Source of the DNA: Planctomycetota bacterium
GTDB taxonomy: Bacteria > Planctomycetota > PLA2 > JAEUHO01
Assembly (NCBI GenBank): GCA_965223505.1
Contig: CBDCWP010000043.1
Span: 1 to 64,000, forward strand
Length of the DNA stretch: 64,000 nt
Direction: 5' to 3'
Shown: positions 1 through 10,027 of the stretch, piece by piece
Position numbering within the stretch: the stretch's first letter is position 1
Layout of the letters: each line of letters opens with the position of its first letter
Made by a program: the position numbers and the translations under genes
Notes under the pieces: generated by a model
The model's input: the letters and a program-made list of their open reading frames with translations, nothing else
What the model was told of the DNA's origin: nothing
The model's database searches: none

Positions 1-65
1 GCGCCGCCGACGAGCAGCGGCCCCGGTTGGGTCAGTCGCTCGCGCAGCTGTTTCCTGCCGTCCAT
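1..65 (-). CDS. 5' end of a gene running off the window, possibly isocitrate lyase/PEP mutase family
   Basis: ATG at 65 preceded by GGAG; reads MDGRKQLRERLTQPGPLLVGGA, resembling the N-terminus of ICL/PEP-mutase proteins. Only 21 codons are visible. Confidence 0.4.
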   Translation of the reverse strand, partial: MDGRKQLRERLTQPGPLLVGG

Positions 66-336
66 CGGTTGTGCTCCTGCCCGGGGCCTGGACATCCCAC
101 GGACCCGCAGGTTCGAGTCCGAAACGCATCCACGATGGCCAAGCCCGAAACCACCGGGCCCGACATGATAGGCGCGCGAAGGGCAACGCCCCTGTTCACG
201 ACATGGCGCAGCCGTCCCGCGGGAGACCGCCGAGGGCACGAAGAAAGGGGCAGCTGGGCGGAAGAGCGTCCTTGGAATCAAGGGTGGGAGAGGAGGAGGC
301 CGAGAGAACGCCGCGAAAACCGCCCGGCTGCCCCTC

Positions 337-373
337 GAAGAGAAAGGTGCGCCCCCCAGGGTCTGGGGGGCGC
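337..373 (-). terminator. Terminator-like hairpin
   Basis: 11-bp inverted repeat GCGCCCCCCAG (349-359) / CTGGGGGGCGC (363-373), followed on the minus strand by ACCTTTCTCTTC. Confidence 0.5.
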
Positions 374-557
374 GTAGCCGGGAAACCGATTCCGGGGCGC
401 CGGGCGCACTCGGAGGGAGGGAGGGAAGGAGGGAGGGCAGGGAGAGGGCGCGCACACACGCGCCCGGATTCGGTCCCAACTGGTCTTGGAAAGAGCGCTC
501 TGCCTTGGCCGCCACTCCTGCCGGAGTGCTTGTCGGCCAAGGACTCGATCCGACTGT

Positions 558-573
558 TGCACTTTGTGTGCCA
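558..573 (-). promoter_or_regulatory. Putative sigma-54 (-24/-12) promoter
   Basis: Minus strand TGGCACACAAAGTGCA, with GG-N10-GC spacing and a TGGCAC core. Confidence 0.5.
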
Positions 574-1017
574 ACGGCGGTTTCGCGCCCCGACGGCCCC
601 GAAGCCGCATTTGATGCGGGTATGCCCGCCGGGCCGCCGGACACTTCGTTCCCGAAGCTGGCCAAAGTGTCCACCTACGACATCGCGAAGTGCGACGGCG
701 ATCGCCAAACAGCCGTTCAAGAGCGGCCGTTCGCAGCCGCTCGTTGGGAATGGCGATGCCCGTTTCCGCCGGGTCGGCCGGCGGCATGCGTACAGACCCC
801 GAAACCCCGCAGGGAACCCGGTCCAGACGGGGGGGATTCTCTATACTGGAGTGTCTGTACGCATTCCGGGCGGTTGCGGCCGAGACCCGGCCGCACGGGG
901 GCGGTATCAGAGTCCAGGAACGGGCTGCGGGGGGCCGCCCCCGAGGCCGATCCTCGAGATCAGAGTGACGTAGCGAGCTCGTCTGCCGGTCGCGGCGGGC
1001 GACAGGGAGACCGGACC

Positions 1018-2631
1018 ATGCGGACCGCATTCCTTTTCTTCGTGCCGTGCCTGGCCCTCGTCTTCGCGCTGGGCGGTAGCACCGTTCTCGCCGACGACAC
1101 CGTGACGGGCGACGATGGCACCGACGCGAAGATTCGCCACCTGCTGCGGCGCGCCACCTTCGGCCCGCGCCCGCAGGACGTCGAAGCGGTCAAGGAGCTC
1201 GGCATCGAAGGTTGGGTCGATCGACAGCTCAACCCGGACGTGATTCCGGACCCGGAGGTCGAGAAGCGTCTCGAGGGCTTCGAGAGCGTCAAGCTCAGCG
1301 GCGCCGAGTACATGAAGATGATGCGCGACAACCAACCGGAGGCGATGCCCCCCGGTGAGGGCGAAGACCGCATCGCCGCGGCGAGGCGCCGGCAGCGCGA
1401 GCTCAACCGCCTGCGCAACATCGCGCGCCGCGAGATTCCGCGCGCCGTGATCATTCAGGCCGCGTACAGCGAGCGCCAGCTCAAGGAGGTCATGGTCGAC
1501 TTCTGGCGCAACCACTTCAACGTCGACGTGAACAAGGACGCGGTGCGCTACTACATCGCCGACTGGGAGCGCGACGTCCTGCGCAAGAACGTGTTCGGCA
1601 ACTTCGAAGAGTTCCTGATGGCGACGGCCAAGCACCCCGCCATGCTCTTCTATCTCGACAATCACGTGTCGCAGGCGCCGATGGCGCGCGGCAACCGCGT
1701 GCTGCAAGGGCGTGACGAGAACCGCACGAACGGTCTCAACGAGAACTACGCCCGCGAGCTCATGGAGCTGCACACGGTCGGCGTGGACAACGGCTACGAC
1801 CAGAAGGACGTCATCCAGCTCTCGCTGATCCTGACCGGCTGGTCGATCGACACGCAGCAGGGCACGTTCCTGTTCCGCGACAACTACCACGCCAAGGGTC
1901 CGAAGAAGGTCATGCGCAAGACCTTCAAGGGCGGCGACGTGACGGAGGGCGAGGCCGCGGTCCGCTACCTGGCACGCCACAAGAACACGCGTGAGTTCGT
2001 CGTCACGAAGATGGCGCGCTACCTCGTCAACGACCAGCCGCCGAAGACGCTCGTGAACGACGTCGTGAAGGTCTGGGGCAAGACGAAGGGCGACCTCAAG
2101 GAGGTCACCAAGGCGATCCTGATGCACCCCGACTTCTACGCGAAGGACAACGTGCTCACGAAGGCGAAGACTCCGTTCGAGTTCGTCGTCAGCTGCGTGC
2201 GCATTCTCGGCGCCGACGTCAAGGAAGCCGGCGGCCTGCTCGCCAAGCTCGCGGACATGCAGCAGCCCGTCTACTCGTGCGAAGACCCGACCGGGTACAG
2301 CGATCGCGCGGTGGACTGGATGGATCCCGGCGTGCTCGCCGTGCGCTGGCAGCTGTCCTACGACATGATCAACGGTCGCGTCCCCGGCGTGACCGTCTCG
2401 AACAGCGGTCTGTTCGATCACTTGCGTCAGAATCCCGAGGTCTGGGAGTTCCTGATGGTGGAGGCCGTCTTCGCCAACCAGGCGCCCGGCTCGCTGACGC
2501 TGGCGCCGTTCCGCAAGCGCGTGAAGGGCGTGAGCAAGAAGTACCGCAAGATGCGGCCGCAGGAGCTGAGGAAGGAATTCGGCATCCTGGCCACCTTGTT
2601 GTTGGGCTCGCCCGAGTTCCAGCGGCAGTAA
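1018..2631 (+). CDS. DUF1800 family protein (exported)
   Basis: HLLRRATFG, FWRNHF, PAMLFYLDN, NENYARELMELHTVG and SPEFQ motifs. ATG 1018 after GGAG gives a signal peptide. Confidence 0.9.
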   Translation: MRTAFLFFVPCLALVFALGGSTVLADDTVTGDDGTDAKIRHLLRRATFGPRPQDVEAVKELGIEGWVDRQLNPDVIPDPEVEKRLEGFESVKLSGAEYMKMMRDNQPEAMPPGEGEDRIAAARRRQRELNRLRNIARREIPRAVIIQAAYSERQLKEVMVDFWRNHFNVDVNKDAVRYYIADWERDVLRKNVFGNFEEFLMATAKHPAMLFYLDNHVSQAPMARGNRVLQGRDENRTNGLNENYARELMELHTVGVDNGYDQKDVIQLSLILTGWSIDTQQGTFLFRDNYHAKGPKKVMRKTFKGGDVTEGEAAVRYLARHKNTREFVVTKMARYLVNDQPPKTLVNDVVKVWGKTKGDLKEVTKAILMHPDFYAKDNVLTKAKTPFEFVVSCVRILGADVKEAGGLLAKLADMQQPVYSCEDPTGYSDRAVDWMDPGVLAVRWQLSYDMINGRVPGVTVSNSGLFDHLRQNPEVWEFLMVEAVFANQAPGSLTLAPFRKRVKGVSKKYRKMRPQELRKEFGILATLLLGSPEFQRQ

Positions 2632-2690
2632 CGATCACAGTTCGGCTCGGGCACGAGGTCCTGTTCGAGCGCAACGAAACGGAGAAGTCC

Positions 2691-3980
2691 ATGGGTTCCA
2701 CTCGTCGTGAGGTGCTCGCAGCCGGTGCTGCGGGACTCGCCGGTATGACGTTCTACGGCGCGCTGGCCAAGAAGGCCGCGGCTGCGCCGGAGCGCGAGAT
2801 CGCCGTCAAGCCGTGTGTCGTCGTCGTCTTCCTTCGCGGAGGTCAGGACGCGCTGAACACGCTCGTGCCCTACACCGAGGGCAAGTACTACGACATGCGT
2901 CCGAACATCGCGGTGCCGCCCCCGAACGAGGAGAACGGCGCGATCGACCTGGACGGCAAGTTCGGCCTGAACCCGGGTCTGACCGGATTCAAGACGCTGT
3001 GGGACAAGGGCCTGCTCGCGCCGATCGTAAACGTCGGCATGCACCATCCCTCGCGCAGCCACTTCGACTGCCAGGACTTCATGGAGTACGGCGCGCCGGG
3101 CGACAAGTCCGTCCGCGACGGCTGGATGAACCGCTTCCTGTCGGCGACGTCCGGCCCGGATGCCGGCGAGAACGAGTTCCGCGCCGTCGCGATGCAGGGG
3201 CGCCTGCCGCGTTCGCTGCGCGGCAAGTACCCGGTGCTCGCGGTGCCGAACACGATGATCCAAGGCGGCCGCCGCGCCGGTGGCGACCAGGACGTCCTGG
3301 ACCTCTTCGACGACCTGTACGCCGCCCCGCCGTCCATGGAGAAGCCCGGCATGATGGGCGAGCGTCCGGACGAGGACGAGCTGACCCAGAACGGGCGCAC
3401 GACGATCGTCACGCTTCGCAAGCTCGAGGAGATCCTCAAGGCCAAGGAGCGCGGCAAGGTGACGCCGTACCCGGCGGGCGCCGGGCGATTGGGCAACCAG
3501 CTGCGCATGGCCGCGCGCGTGATCAAGTCCGGTCAGGGCGTGCAGTGCATCGGCATCGACTGGAACGGCTGGGACCACCACATCAACGAGGGTGGCGCGG
3601 GCGAGCAGGACACGATCCGTCGCATGGTCACGCAGATGGGTCTGGCGTGCGAGACGTTCTTCCAGGACATCGACGGCATGAAGAACAAGGTCACGCTGAT
3701 GCTGATGACCGAGTTCGGCCGCACGAACCGTGAGAACGGCAACTTCGGCACGGACCACGGCCACGGCAGCAACATGTACATCATGGGCGGCAAGGTGAAC
3801 GGCAAGAAGGTGTACGGCGACTGGGACCTGTCGGCGAACAACCGCGACTTGCGCGTCACGACGGACTTCCGCGACGTGTTCCGCGAGGTCTTGCACGACC
3901 ACCTGAAGCTTCATCCCTCGAAGAACCTCTTCAAGGGGCACACGCCGTCGGAGACCAAGCTGGGTCTCTTCAAGGCGTAG
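2691..3980 (+). CDS. DUF1501 family protein (Tat signal)
   Basis: TRREVL twin-arginine motif; FLRGGQD, RSHFDCQ, GWDHH, TEFGRT, GTDHG; usual partner of DUF1800. Confidence 0.9.
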   Translation: MGSTRREVLAAGAAGLAGMTFYGALAKKAAAAPEREIAVKPCVVVVFLRGGQDALNTLVPYTEGKYYDMRPNIAVPPPNEENGAIDLDGKFGLNPGLTGFKTLWDKGLLAPIVNVGMHHPSRSHFDCQDFMEYGAPGDKSVRDGWMNRFLSATSGPDAGENEFRAVAMQGRLPRSLRGKYPVLAVPNTMIQGGRRAGGDQDVLDLFDDLYAAPPSMEKPGMMGERPDEDELTQNGRTTIVTLRKLEEILKAKERGKVTPYPAGAGRLGNQLRMAARVIKSGQGVQCIGIDWNGWDHHINEGGAGEQDTIRRMVTQMGLACETFFQDIDGMKNKVTLMLMTEFGRTNRENGNFGTDHGHGSNMYIMGGKVNGKKVYGDWDLSANNRDLRVTTDFRDVFREVLHDHLKLHPSKNLFKGHTPSETKLGLFKA

Positions 3981-4022
3981 GACGAGATTCCTTGAAAGAT
4001 CGCCCTCGGGCGGTCGATCGTG

Positions 4023-4055
4023 CAGCCCGTGCGCTTCGGCGCGCGGGCTGTTTTT
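4023..4055 (+). terminator. Rho-independent terminator
   Basis: CAGCCCGTGCGC-TTCG-GCGCGCGGGCTG followed by TTTTT. Confidence 0.85.
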
Positions 4056-4059
4056 GGTT

Positions 4060-4148
4060 GTAGGGGGCGACCCTCGTGGTCGCCCAAGTGGGCAGTAGGG
4101 GCGACCCTCGTGGTCGCCCAATTGGGCAGCCACAGGGGCTGCCCCTAC
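4060..4148. repeat. GTAG-type REP cluster (two direct copies plus one inverted variant)
   Basis: GTAG+GGGCGACC-CTCGT-GGTCGCCC at 4060-4085 and 4095-4119; inverted GTAGGGGCAGCCCCTGTGGCTGCCC at 4124-4148. Confidence 0.85.
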
Positions 4149-6389
4149 CTACCGGTGCCGAATCGCCTTGCCCTGTAGGAACGTCGTCACCGTCTGCCCG
4201 CCGAACAGGATCGACAGGTCGCCGTTGCCCGTCGGCTCGTACTCGATCGCCAACTTGTGCCACCCGGCCTTCAGGCGCATCACGCCGTAGGTCTGCCGAT
4301 CCCACGCAAGCTCGCTGCGGTCGAAGAGCTCGATGTCCTTCACCGTCAGCTTCAGCCGGCCCGCGGCGTTGACCGCGAAGCGATAGAGCCCGTCTTCGGG
4401 CGCGTTCACCTCGCCGGTCAGCACGATCGACTCGATCTTGCCCTTGACGTTCTCCCGCAGCGTCTTGGCGAATCCCTTGTCCTTGACGCGGCCGACGAGC
4501 GAAACGACGAACTCCTTGGTCTGCCCGCCTGCCGTCGCCTTCGCCAGCAGTCCGGCTTTCCCCTGGCTCTTCGGCGGGTCCTTCTTCTTGCGCCGCGACG
4601 AGGACTTCTTCTTCTGCGCCTCGCCCGGCGCGTCCACCAGGATCTCGAACGGCGCGCTCACCGTCGCCGGACCCTCCTTGAACGTCGCCCGCGCGACGAC
4701 GGACGACGTCCCCAGCCCGAGCTCGTCTGCGCGCAACGTCACCGACCAGCTCGTGCCGCGCACCTTGGCCAGGCCCAGGTCGTCCGCGCCGCGCCGCAGC
4801 CGAACCTCGGCGCCCTTCGACACCTTGCCCGACAGCTTGACGTCCTCGCCGAGCGTCGGCGCGCTCTTCAGCTTCTTGAAGGTGAGCCGGCGCTGCGCAC
4901 CGTTCTGGATCTCGATGTCGAACACCTTCGACGATCGCGTCCCGACCAGGCTGTTCTCGACGGCGACGACACGCAGCCGATGCGCGCCGTCGTCGAACGT
5001 CGTGGTGTCGAGCGTCAGGGGCTCGCCGGGCGCGCCTTCCATCACGTACTGCCCGTCGATCCAAAGCTCGATCGACGCGGGTCTGTGCGCCTCGTCGATG
5101 TCCACGTTGACCATGACGGGCATCTCGCCCTTCCAGGGGGCTTTGATGCTCGGCGTCGTCAGCGAGATCCGCGCGAGGTACGCGAACGGACGCGCAAGCG
5201 GATCGCCGACGACGATCTGCTGATAGGGGCCGTAGATGCTCTGGTAGAAGGCCTCGGCCAGCGAGCTGCCTTCCGCGTACCACGCGTGGATGTGCGGTAC
5301 GACGTGCTTGTTGAGCACGTTGTACGGCTCGGCCACCGCGCCGCTCGAGCCCGCCGCGCCGTGGCGCAGGAAGACGCTGATCTTCGTCTGGCCCGAGCCG
5401 TCGAATCGCCCGCCGAAGCTCGTCAGGTGCTCGGTGATCGCGCCGGGCAGGATCTTGCTGCCGCACTTCTCCCAGTTGAAGCTCGCCGTGCCGGCCACGA
5501 GCCCGATCACGTCGGCGCGGTCGACGGGGCACTGGCCGTCTTGTTTGTCTTCGCCCTTCATGAGCACGGCGCCCTTGCGACCCTGCTTCTCGAGTGCGTC
5601 GATCGTCTGATCGAACCAGCCGCGGCGCGGCCCGATGCGCGGGTCCTTCGCGTTCGCGTTGTTCATGAAGTAGACCGTGCCGTCGGGATGCGTGAAATCG
5701 CTGCCGGCCGCGTCGGTGAGATAGCGCTCGATCTCGGGCAGGCTGTTGCCCTGCAGGCCGGTCACGGCGAGCGCGACGGACAGGTAGTACCGGACGCCGT
5801 CTTCGGGCGGCGACTTGTCCGGCCGCGCCTTGTCGGTTTCGAAGTGCCAGGCGTGCCGGAAGCCGTGCGCGGGATGGACCGTGTCGCCGGGCATGGGCAC
5901 GCTGCCGAGCGCATGGACGCGGAAGTAGCCGTTGCCCTTCAAGTTGAGGAAGTCGAGCTTGTCGTCGCGGACGTGCTGCGCGAAGAACGTGAGTCCGGTC
6001 AGCGAGGCCACCGGCGGCTTTCCGATCACCTGCGGCAGGTTCTCGCCCTTGGCTCGCTTGCCGTACGACGCGCCGAACGGGAGGTCGGCCGAGTACGCGA
6101 TGAGGTCGATCTCCTCGGAGAGTCCCTGCGCCTCGATGAACGCGAGCACGGGCGTGAGGATGCGCTCGCGAAACTGCTCGTACTCGATCACCCGCAGATT
6201 CGGGATGCCGCGCAGCCGGCATACGTGGGTCGGATGGATTCCGCGCAAGCGCACGTAGCGGTCCGCGACGTAGCAAGAGAGCGGCGAGTCGGCGTTGACG
6301 ACGACGAGCGTGGTCTCCGGACCGCCGCCTGCGAACGCGTCGGCCGCGAAGACGCAGACGAGTGCCACGCAGAGTGCGAAGGCTCTCAA
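4149..6389 (-). CDS. TIGR03790-like exported protein with C-terminal PA14-like domain
   Basis: Signal peptide then [47 protein letters not shown]. Inferred TTG start overlaps the lemA stop (TTGA). Confidence 0.7.
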   Translation of the reverse strand: MRAFALCVALVCVFAADAFAGGGPETTLVVVNADSPLSCYVADRYVRLRGIHPTHVCRLRGIPNLRVIEYEQFRERILTPVLAFIEAQGLSEEIDLIAYSADLPFGASYGKRAKGENLPQVIGKPPVASLTGLTFFAQHVRDDKLDFLNLKGNGYFRVHALGSVPMPGDTVHPAHGFRHAWHFETDKARPDKSPPEDGVRYYLSVALAVTGLQGNSLPEIERYLTDAAGSDFTHPDGTVYFMNNANAKDPRIGPRRGWFDQTIDALEKQGRKGAVLMKGEDKQDGQCPVDRADVIGLVAGTASFNWEKCGSKILPGAITEHLTSFGGRFDGSGQTKISVFLRHGAAGSSGAVAEPYNVLNKHVVPHIHAWYAEGSSLAEAFYQSIYGPYQQIVVGDPLARPFAYLARISLTTPSIKAPWKGEMPVMVNVDIDEAHRPASIELWIDGQYVMEGAPGEPLTLDTTTFDDGAHRLRVVAVENSLVGTRSSKVFDIEIQNGAQRRLTFKKLKSAPTLGEDVKLSGKVSKGAEVRLRRGADDLGLAKVRGTSWSVTLRADELGLGTSSVVARATFKEGPATVSAPFEILVDAPGEAQKKKSSSRRKKKDPPKSQGKAGLLAKATAGGQTKEFVVSLVGRVKDKGFAKTLRENVKGKIESIVLTGEVNAPEDGLYRFAVNAAGRLKLTVKDIELFDRSELAWDRQTYGVMRLKAGWHKLAIEYEPTGNGDLSILFGGQTVTTFLQGKAIRHR

Positions 6390-6974
6390 AGCTCGACCCT
6401 CGGCGCCTCGCGCTGCGAGCTGTCTTCGATCTCGAAGAACTCCTTCTTCTGGAAGCCGTACAGACCCGCCAGCAGGTTGGAGGGGAACGTCTCGATCCGG
6501 TTGGCGAGGTCGCGCACGTTGGCGTTGTAGAAGCGCCGGGCGCGTTGAATGCGGTTCTCGGTCGTCGTGAGCTCTTCCTGCAGCGACAGGAAGTTCGTGT
6601 TGGCCTTGAGGTCGGGGTAGTTCTCCGCCAGCAGGAACATCTTCCGCAGGCCGCCGACCAGCGCGTTCTCGTCCCTCGGCCTGGGACCTGGGCGAGCCCT
6701 CGTTCGCTTGCGCCTTGTTGCGGGCCTGGATGACGCGCTCGAGCACTTCCTGCTCGTGCTTGGCGTAGCCCTTGACGGCCTCGACGAGGTTCGGAATGAG
6801 GTTGTAGCGCCGCTTGAGCTCGGTATCGACGTTCGACCACGCTTCGTCGCAGTGGTTGCGCACGCGCACGAGCCCGTTGTAGGTGGCGATGGCCCAGATC
6901 AGGATGATCAGAACGCCGCCGACGACGATCCAGAACGTGGGACTCCCGACGGCGAGTACGAGGGCGGCGCACAT
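6386..6974 (-). pseudogene. lemA: LemA family protein with a +1 frameshift near 6673-6677 (real or sequencing error)
   Basis: [26 protein letters not shown] in one frame; [35 protein letters not shown] in another; junction GCCGAGGGAC. Confidence 0.85.
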
Positions 6975-7005
6975 GTCGGCACAACATACCCGCAAACGGG
7001 CGTCT

Positions 7006-7030
7006 GTAGGGGCGACCCTCGTGGTCGCCC
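7006..7030 (+). repeat. Single GTAG-type REP
   Basis: GTAGGGGCGACCCTCGTGGTCGCCC, intergenic. Confidence 0.85.
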
Positions 7031-7088
7031 GTCCCGTGGGTGCGCCGGTTGCGTACGTGCTCGACAGCTCGTCCACGACGGTCCCGTC

Positions 7089-7784
7089 CTAGACGAGCCG
7101 ACGTTCTTCGACGACGTCCTTCGGGATGCAGTCGAGCAGCGACGTGGCCACGTGCAAGGCCTCGTCGAATTGCGCGGGCTTGAAGCGCCGGTTGCCGTAG
7201 GCGATCAGGTAGCGGTGGTCCATCTGCAGCGTCAAGCGAGGCGCGGCGAGCAGCATCTCCATCGCTTTCTGGTTGATGACCTCGAAGGCCCACTTGCGGT
7301 TGGGGGACTTCACGTGGAACTTGCGGCTGAACTCCGCCGACTCGAAGTCGATGTCGTCGAAGCCGAAGAACCCGGACACCTTGTCGAAGAAGTGCTCGCG
7401 GCGGATGTGGAGCGGGTCGAGACGCATCTCTCCGTTGAGGATCACCGCCGAGAAGTGGTGATGGGTGGTCGTCCTTCGGCCCTTGCTGTCGGTCGAGGTC
7501 GTCTTGTAGTGGTAGTCGAACGCACTCAGTCCGCGCTCGCCGAACGTGCCGTCGATGATGTTGAACGCGTAGCGGTCGTCGCCGCGACGCAGGCAGTCGA
7601 AGTCCGGGAACCTCTCGTCGAACGAGTAGTCCTCGCCAGGGTAGAAGCTGCACCCGTGCGCGTGCGCCCACGCCTGTAGCTCCATCAGCCGCTTCTTCTT
7701 GGCCTTCGCCGCCCAGATCATCGAGCCGATGATCAGCACGATGAATGCGAGGGCGACGAGGACGATGACGGGGGCGGCGGGCAT
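7089..7784 (-). CDS. Membrane-anchored hypothetical protein (DUF3137-like, LemA-associated)
   Basis: N-terminal TM helix; DIDFESAEFSRKFHV motif; directly upstream of lemA. Confidence 0.65.
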   Translation of the reverse strand: MPAAPVIVLVALAFIVLIIGSMIWAAKAKKKRLMELQAWAHAHGCSFYPGEDYSFDERFPDFDCLRRGDDRYAFNIIDGTFGERGLSAFDYHYKTTSTDSKGRRTTTHHHFSAVILNGEMRLDPLHIRREHFFDKVSGFFGFDDIDFESAEFSRKFHVKSPNRKWAFEVINQKAMEMLLAAPRLTLQMDHRYLIAYGNRRFKPAQFDEALHVATSLLDCIPKDVVEERRLV

Positions 7785-7856
7785 GCGGCGGGCAGCATAC
7801 CCGTGGCGCGGCGGCCTGTCGGGGCAGGCGCATCCAGTCGACGAACATTGGACTCA

Positions 7857-8006
7857 GTAGGGGCAGCCCTTGTGGCTGCCCAATTGGGCGACCACGAGGG
7901 TCGCCCCTACAGCGACCACGAGGGTCGCCCCTACAGCGACCACGAGGGTCGCCCCTACAGCGACCACGAGGGTCGCCCCTACAGCGACCACGAGGTTCGT
8001 CCCTAC
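7857..8006. repeat. REP doublet plus tandem array of four 24-bp REP units
   Basis: Doublet 7857-7910; AGCGACCACGAGGGTCGCCCCTAC at 7911, 7935, 7959 and a degenerate copy at 7983. Confidence 0.9.
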
Positions 8007-8446
8007 CGGCGTTGCTGATCGAACAGCGCGCGGTAGCCGTCCGCCGAACACCGGTAGTCGAGCGCGACCTGGTAGAGCCCAAAGATCGGGTTGTCGTCGA
8101 TGTCGGGGTGATCGCCCTTGCCGAGCGCGGTGAGCAGGGCGCGCGCGAGTCCCAGCGCGTCGGCCTCGGTCAGGCCGCGTGCGGCGTCGCGCACCTCGGG
8201 GCGCGAGATCTTGCGAAGCTGCGCCACGCTTGCGCGCGCGGTCTCGATGGCCGGGAGATCGCGTCCGAGTCCGGCCGCCTCGATCTGCTCGTACAGCGCG
8301 TCGCGTTTCGCGTTGCTCTCGTTCGTACGTGCAAAAGACACGGCAGATCGCCCTCCACTCGCAAGATACTCGACGGGGGGGACGTTCCGGATTCGTCCGG
8401 ACGCGTCGTTCTCGAACGCGTCAATGTGTCGGGGGTTCAGCCTCAT
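8003..8446 (-). CDS. Hypothetical protein
   Basis: 147-aa ORF co-oriented with neighbours; its TAG stop lies inside the GTAG of the last REP unit. Confidence 0.5.
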   Translation of the reverse strand: MRLNPRHIDAFENDASGRIRNVPPVEYLASGGRSAVSFARTNESNAKRDALYEQIEAAGLGRDLPAIETARASVAQLRKISRPEVRDAARGLTEADALGLARALLTALGKGDHPDIDDNPIFGLYQVALDYRCSADGYRALFDQQRR

Positions 8447-8966
8447 ACCCCAACGTTCGGTTGAAGTCGGCGGATGCGCCCTTCGGAATCGAAAGAGATG
8501 TCCAATTTGTTGGCGACAACAGCCGTGCGACGTACACGATCTGCCCGACGTGGTAGCTGTAGTGCGCGACCTGGCGTTCCAGCGCCTCGACGACGGTGTG
8601 CGCTTCGCCCCGAATCGTCACATTCTGCAACAGTTGCTCGGGCGTGAGCGGATCGACGGCCTCGAAGAGGCACCGCCAGCCTGTCTCCCACATCTCCATC
8701 AATGTCTCGCGATCGGCGCGCTGATCTTCGAACTCTGCTTCGCGTTCGCGCCAACTCTTCTCGCCGTCGGTGGTCAGGAAGTCAGTCCAGCGCGAGCGCA
8801 TGTTGCCCGCGATGTGTTGCATGATCACCGCGACGGCGTTGGACTCCGTGCCGGGCGCGTCGTGCAGCTGCGTGTCGGAGAGCTGCTCGATTGCGCGGTC
8901 GGCGAGGCGCTTCTGGCTGCGGAGGATCTTCCGAACCGTGTCGAGGTAGTGCGCGCCGACGCCCAT
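8421..8966 (-). CDS. DUF1572 / DinB-superfamily protein
   Basis: SNAVAVIMQHIAGNMRSRWTDFLTTDGEK and RQVAHYSYHVGQIV. Confidence 0.85.
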   Translation of the reverse strand: MGVGAHYLDTVRKILRSQKRLADRAIEQLSDTQLHDAPGTESNAVAVIMQHIAGNMRSRWTDFLTTDGEKSWREREAEFEDQRADRETLMEMWETGWRCLFEAVDPLTPEQLLQNVTIRGEAHTVVEALERQVAHYSYHVGQIVYVARLLSPTNWTSLSIPKGASADFNRTLGYEAEPPTH

Positions 8967-8970
8967 CGCG

Positions 8971-9177
8971 TTAGATGCCGATGCCCTCGAGGGCGGCGGC
9001 AAGCCGGTTGATCTGATCGGCGAGTCGCTCCTTCCAGTCCGGATGTGCGCCGCGGATGTGCTCGTCGAGCTTGGTGAAGCGCTCGCGCTCCTCGTCGGTG
9101 GGCGCGCGGTTCTCTTCGATGATGCGCTCCGCGATGTCGATCAGCTCTTCGAGGTCCTTCTCGAGCTTGGCTTCCAT
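8971..9177 (-). CDS. Small helical protein, DUF4404-like
   Basis: C-terminus HP..K..LA..INRLAAALEGIGI resembles the DUF4404 end. Confidence 0.5.
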   Translation of the reverse strand: MEAKLEKDLEELIDIAERIIEENRAPTDEERERFTKLDEHIRGAHPDWKERLADQINRLAAALEGIGI

Positions 9178-9284
9178 GGTGGGGCCCTCACGCCGGTGTC
9201 GCGCCTATCGTACGACGGTACGTGAACGGGGTCCGCGCCGGAACGCGGACCCCGTGGATGCGGATTCGGCGGTGGTGCGCGAAC

Positions 9285-9920
9285 TTACGCGTTCGGCTGC
9301 TCCGTGACGCGCAGATAGGGCTTGAGCGCGTTCCAACCCGCGGGGAACTTCTCCTTGGCCTCTTCGTCGGTGACGGCGGGAACGATGATGACGCTCTCGC
9401 CGTTCTTCCAGTCGACGGGCGTCGCGACCTGGTGGTTGGCGGTGAGCTGCAGCGAGTCGATCGTTCGCAGGATCTCGTCGAAGTTGCGGCCGGTGCTCGC
9501 GGGGTAGGTGAGCGTGAGCTTGACCTGCTTGTCCGGACCGATGATGAAGACCGAGCGCACGGTGAAGGTGTCGTCGGCGTTGGGATGAATCATGTCGTAG
9601 AGGTCGGAGACCTTGCGGTCCGGGTCGGCGATCAGCGGGAAGTTGAGCGCGTTGCCGGTGACCTCTTCGATGTCCTTGGACCAGCCCTCGTGATCGGAGA
9701 TGCCGTCGACGGAGAGGCCGAGCACCTTGACGTTGCGCTTGTCGAACTCGTTCTTGAGCGCCGCGACGCGTCCGAGCTCGGTGGTGCAGACGGGGGTGAA
9801 GTCCTTGGGGTGGGAGAAGAGAATGCCCCAGCTGTCGCCGAGGTACTCGTGGAAGTTGATGGTGCCGGAAGTGGACTCCGCGGTGAAGTCAGGCGCGGTG
9901 TCGCCAAGTCGAATAGCCAT
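9285..9920 (-). CDS. 1-Cys peroxiredoxin (Prx6 family)
   Basis: LFSHPKDFTPVCTTELG and YPASTGRNFDEILR; ATG 9920 after AAGGAG. Confidence 0.95.
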   Translation of the reverse strand: MAIRLGDTAPDFTAESTSGTINFHEYLGDSWGILFSHPKDFTPVCTTELGRVAALKNEFDKRNVKVLGLSVDGISDHEGWSKDIEEVTGNALNFPLIADPDRKVSDLYDMIHPNADDTFTVRSVFIIGPDKQVKLTLTYPASTGRNFDEILRTIDSLQLTANHQVATPVDWKNGESVIIVPAVTDEEAKEKFPAGWNALKPYLRVTEQPNA

Positions 9921-9980
9921 GGGGGGGTCTCCTTTTTCAATAGGCGATCCGACATCGTACGGCGTGTGCGGGTCGGGGTC

Positions 9981-10010
9981 GACCGGGGCCCCAGGCGAAG
10001 GGCCCCGGTC
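9981..10010. terminator. Intergenic hairpin
   Basis: Perfect 11-bp inverted repeat GACCGGGGCCC / GGGCCCCGGTC. Confidence 0.5.
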
Positions 10011-10027
10011 TGTCGGGGCGGGCTGTC

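Noticed and set aside
505..1017. N-terminal extension of DUF1800 (similar extensions on ORFs at 2277, 12680, 56217 and 26234-28447)
   Set aside because: Low-complexity upstream run-on; better starts with an RBS and/or signal peptide lie downstream.
4149..7076. 975-aa LemA-TIGR03790 fusion
   Set aside because: Product of the lemA frameshift; the downstream gene has its own signal peptide and a TTG start overlapping the true lemA stop.
7886..8006. CRISPR array
   Set aside because: Palindromic repeats are contiguous with no unique spacers, there are no cas genes, and the same unit occurs singly elsewhere as a REP.
3970..8082. Very long alternative-frame ORFs (also 53714-57322, 53757-57317, 47645-50548 and similar)
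   Set aside because: Arg/Pro/Ala-rich shadow frames of real genes, expected in high-GC DNA.
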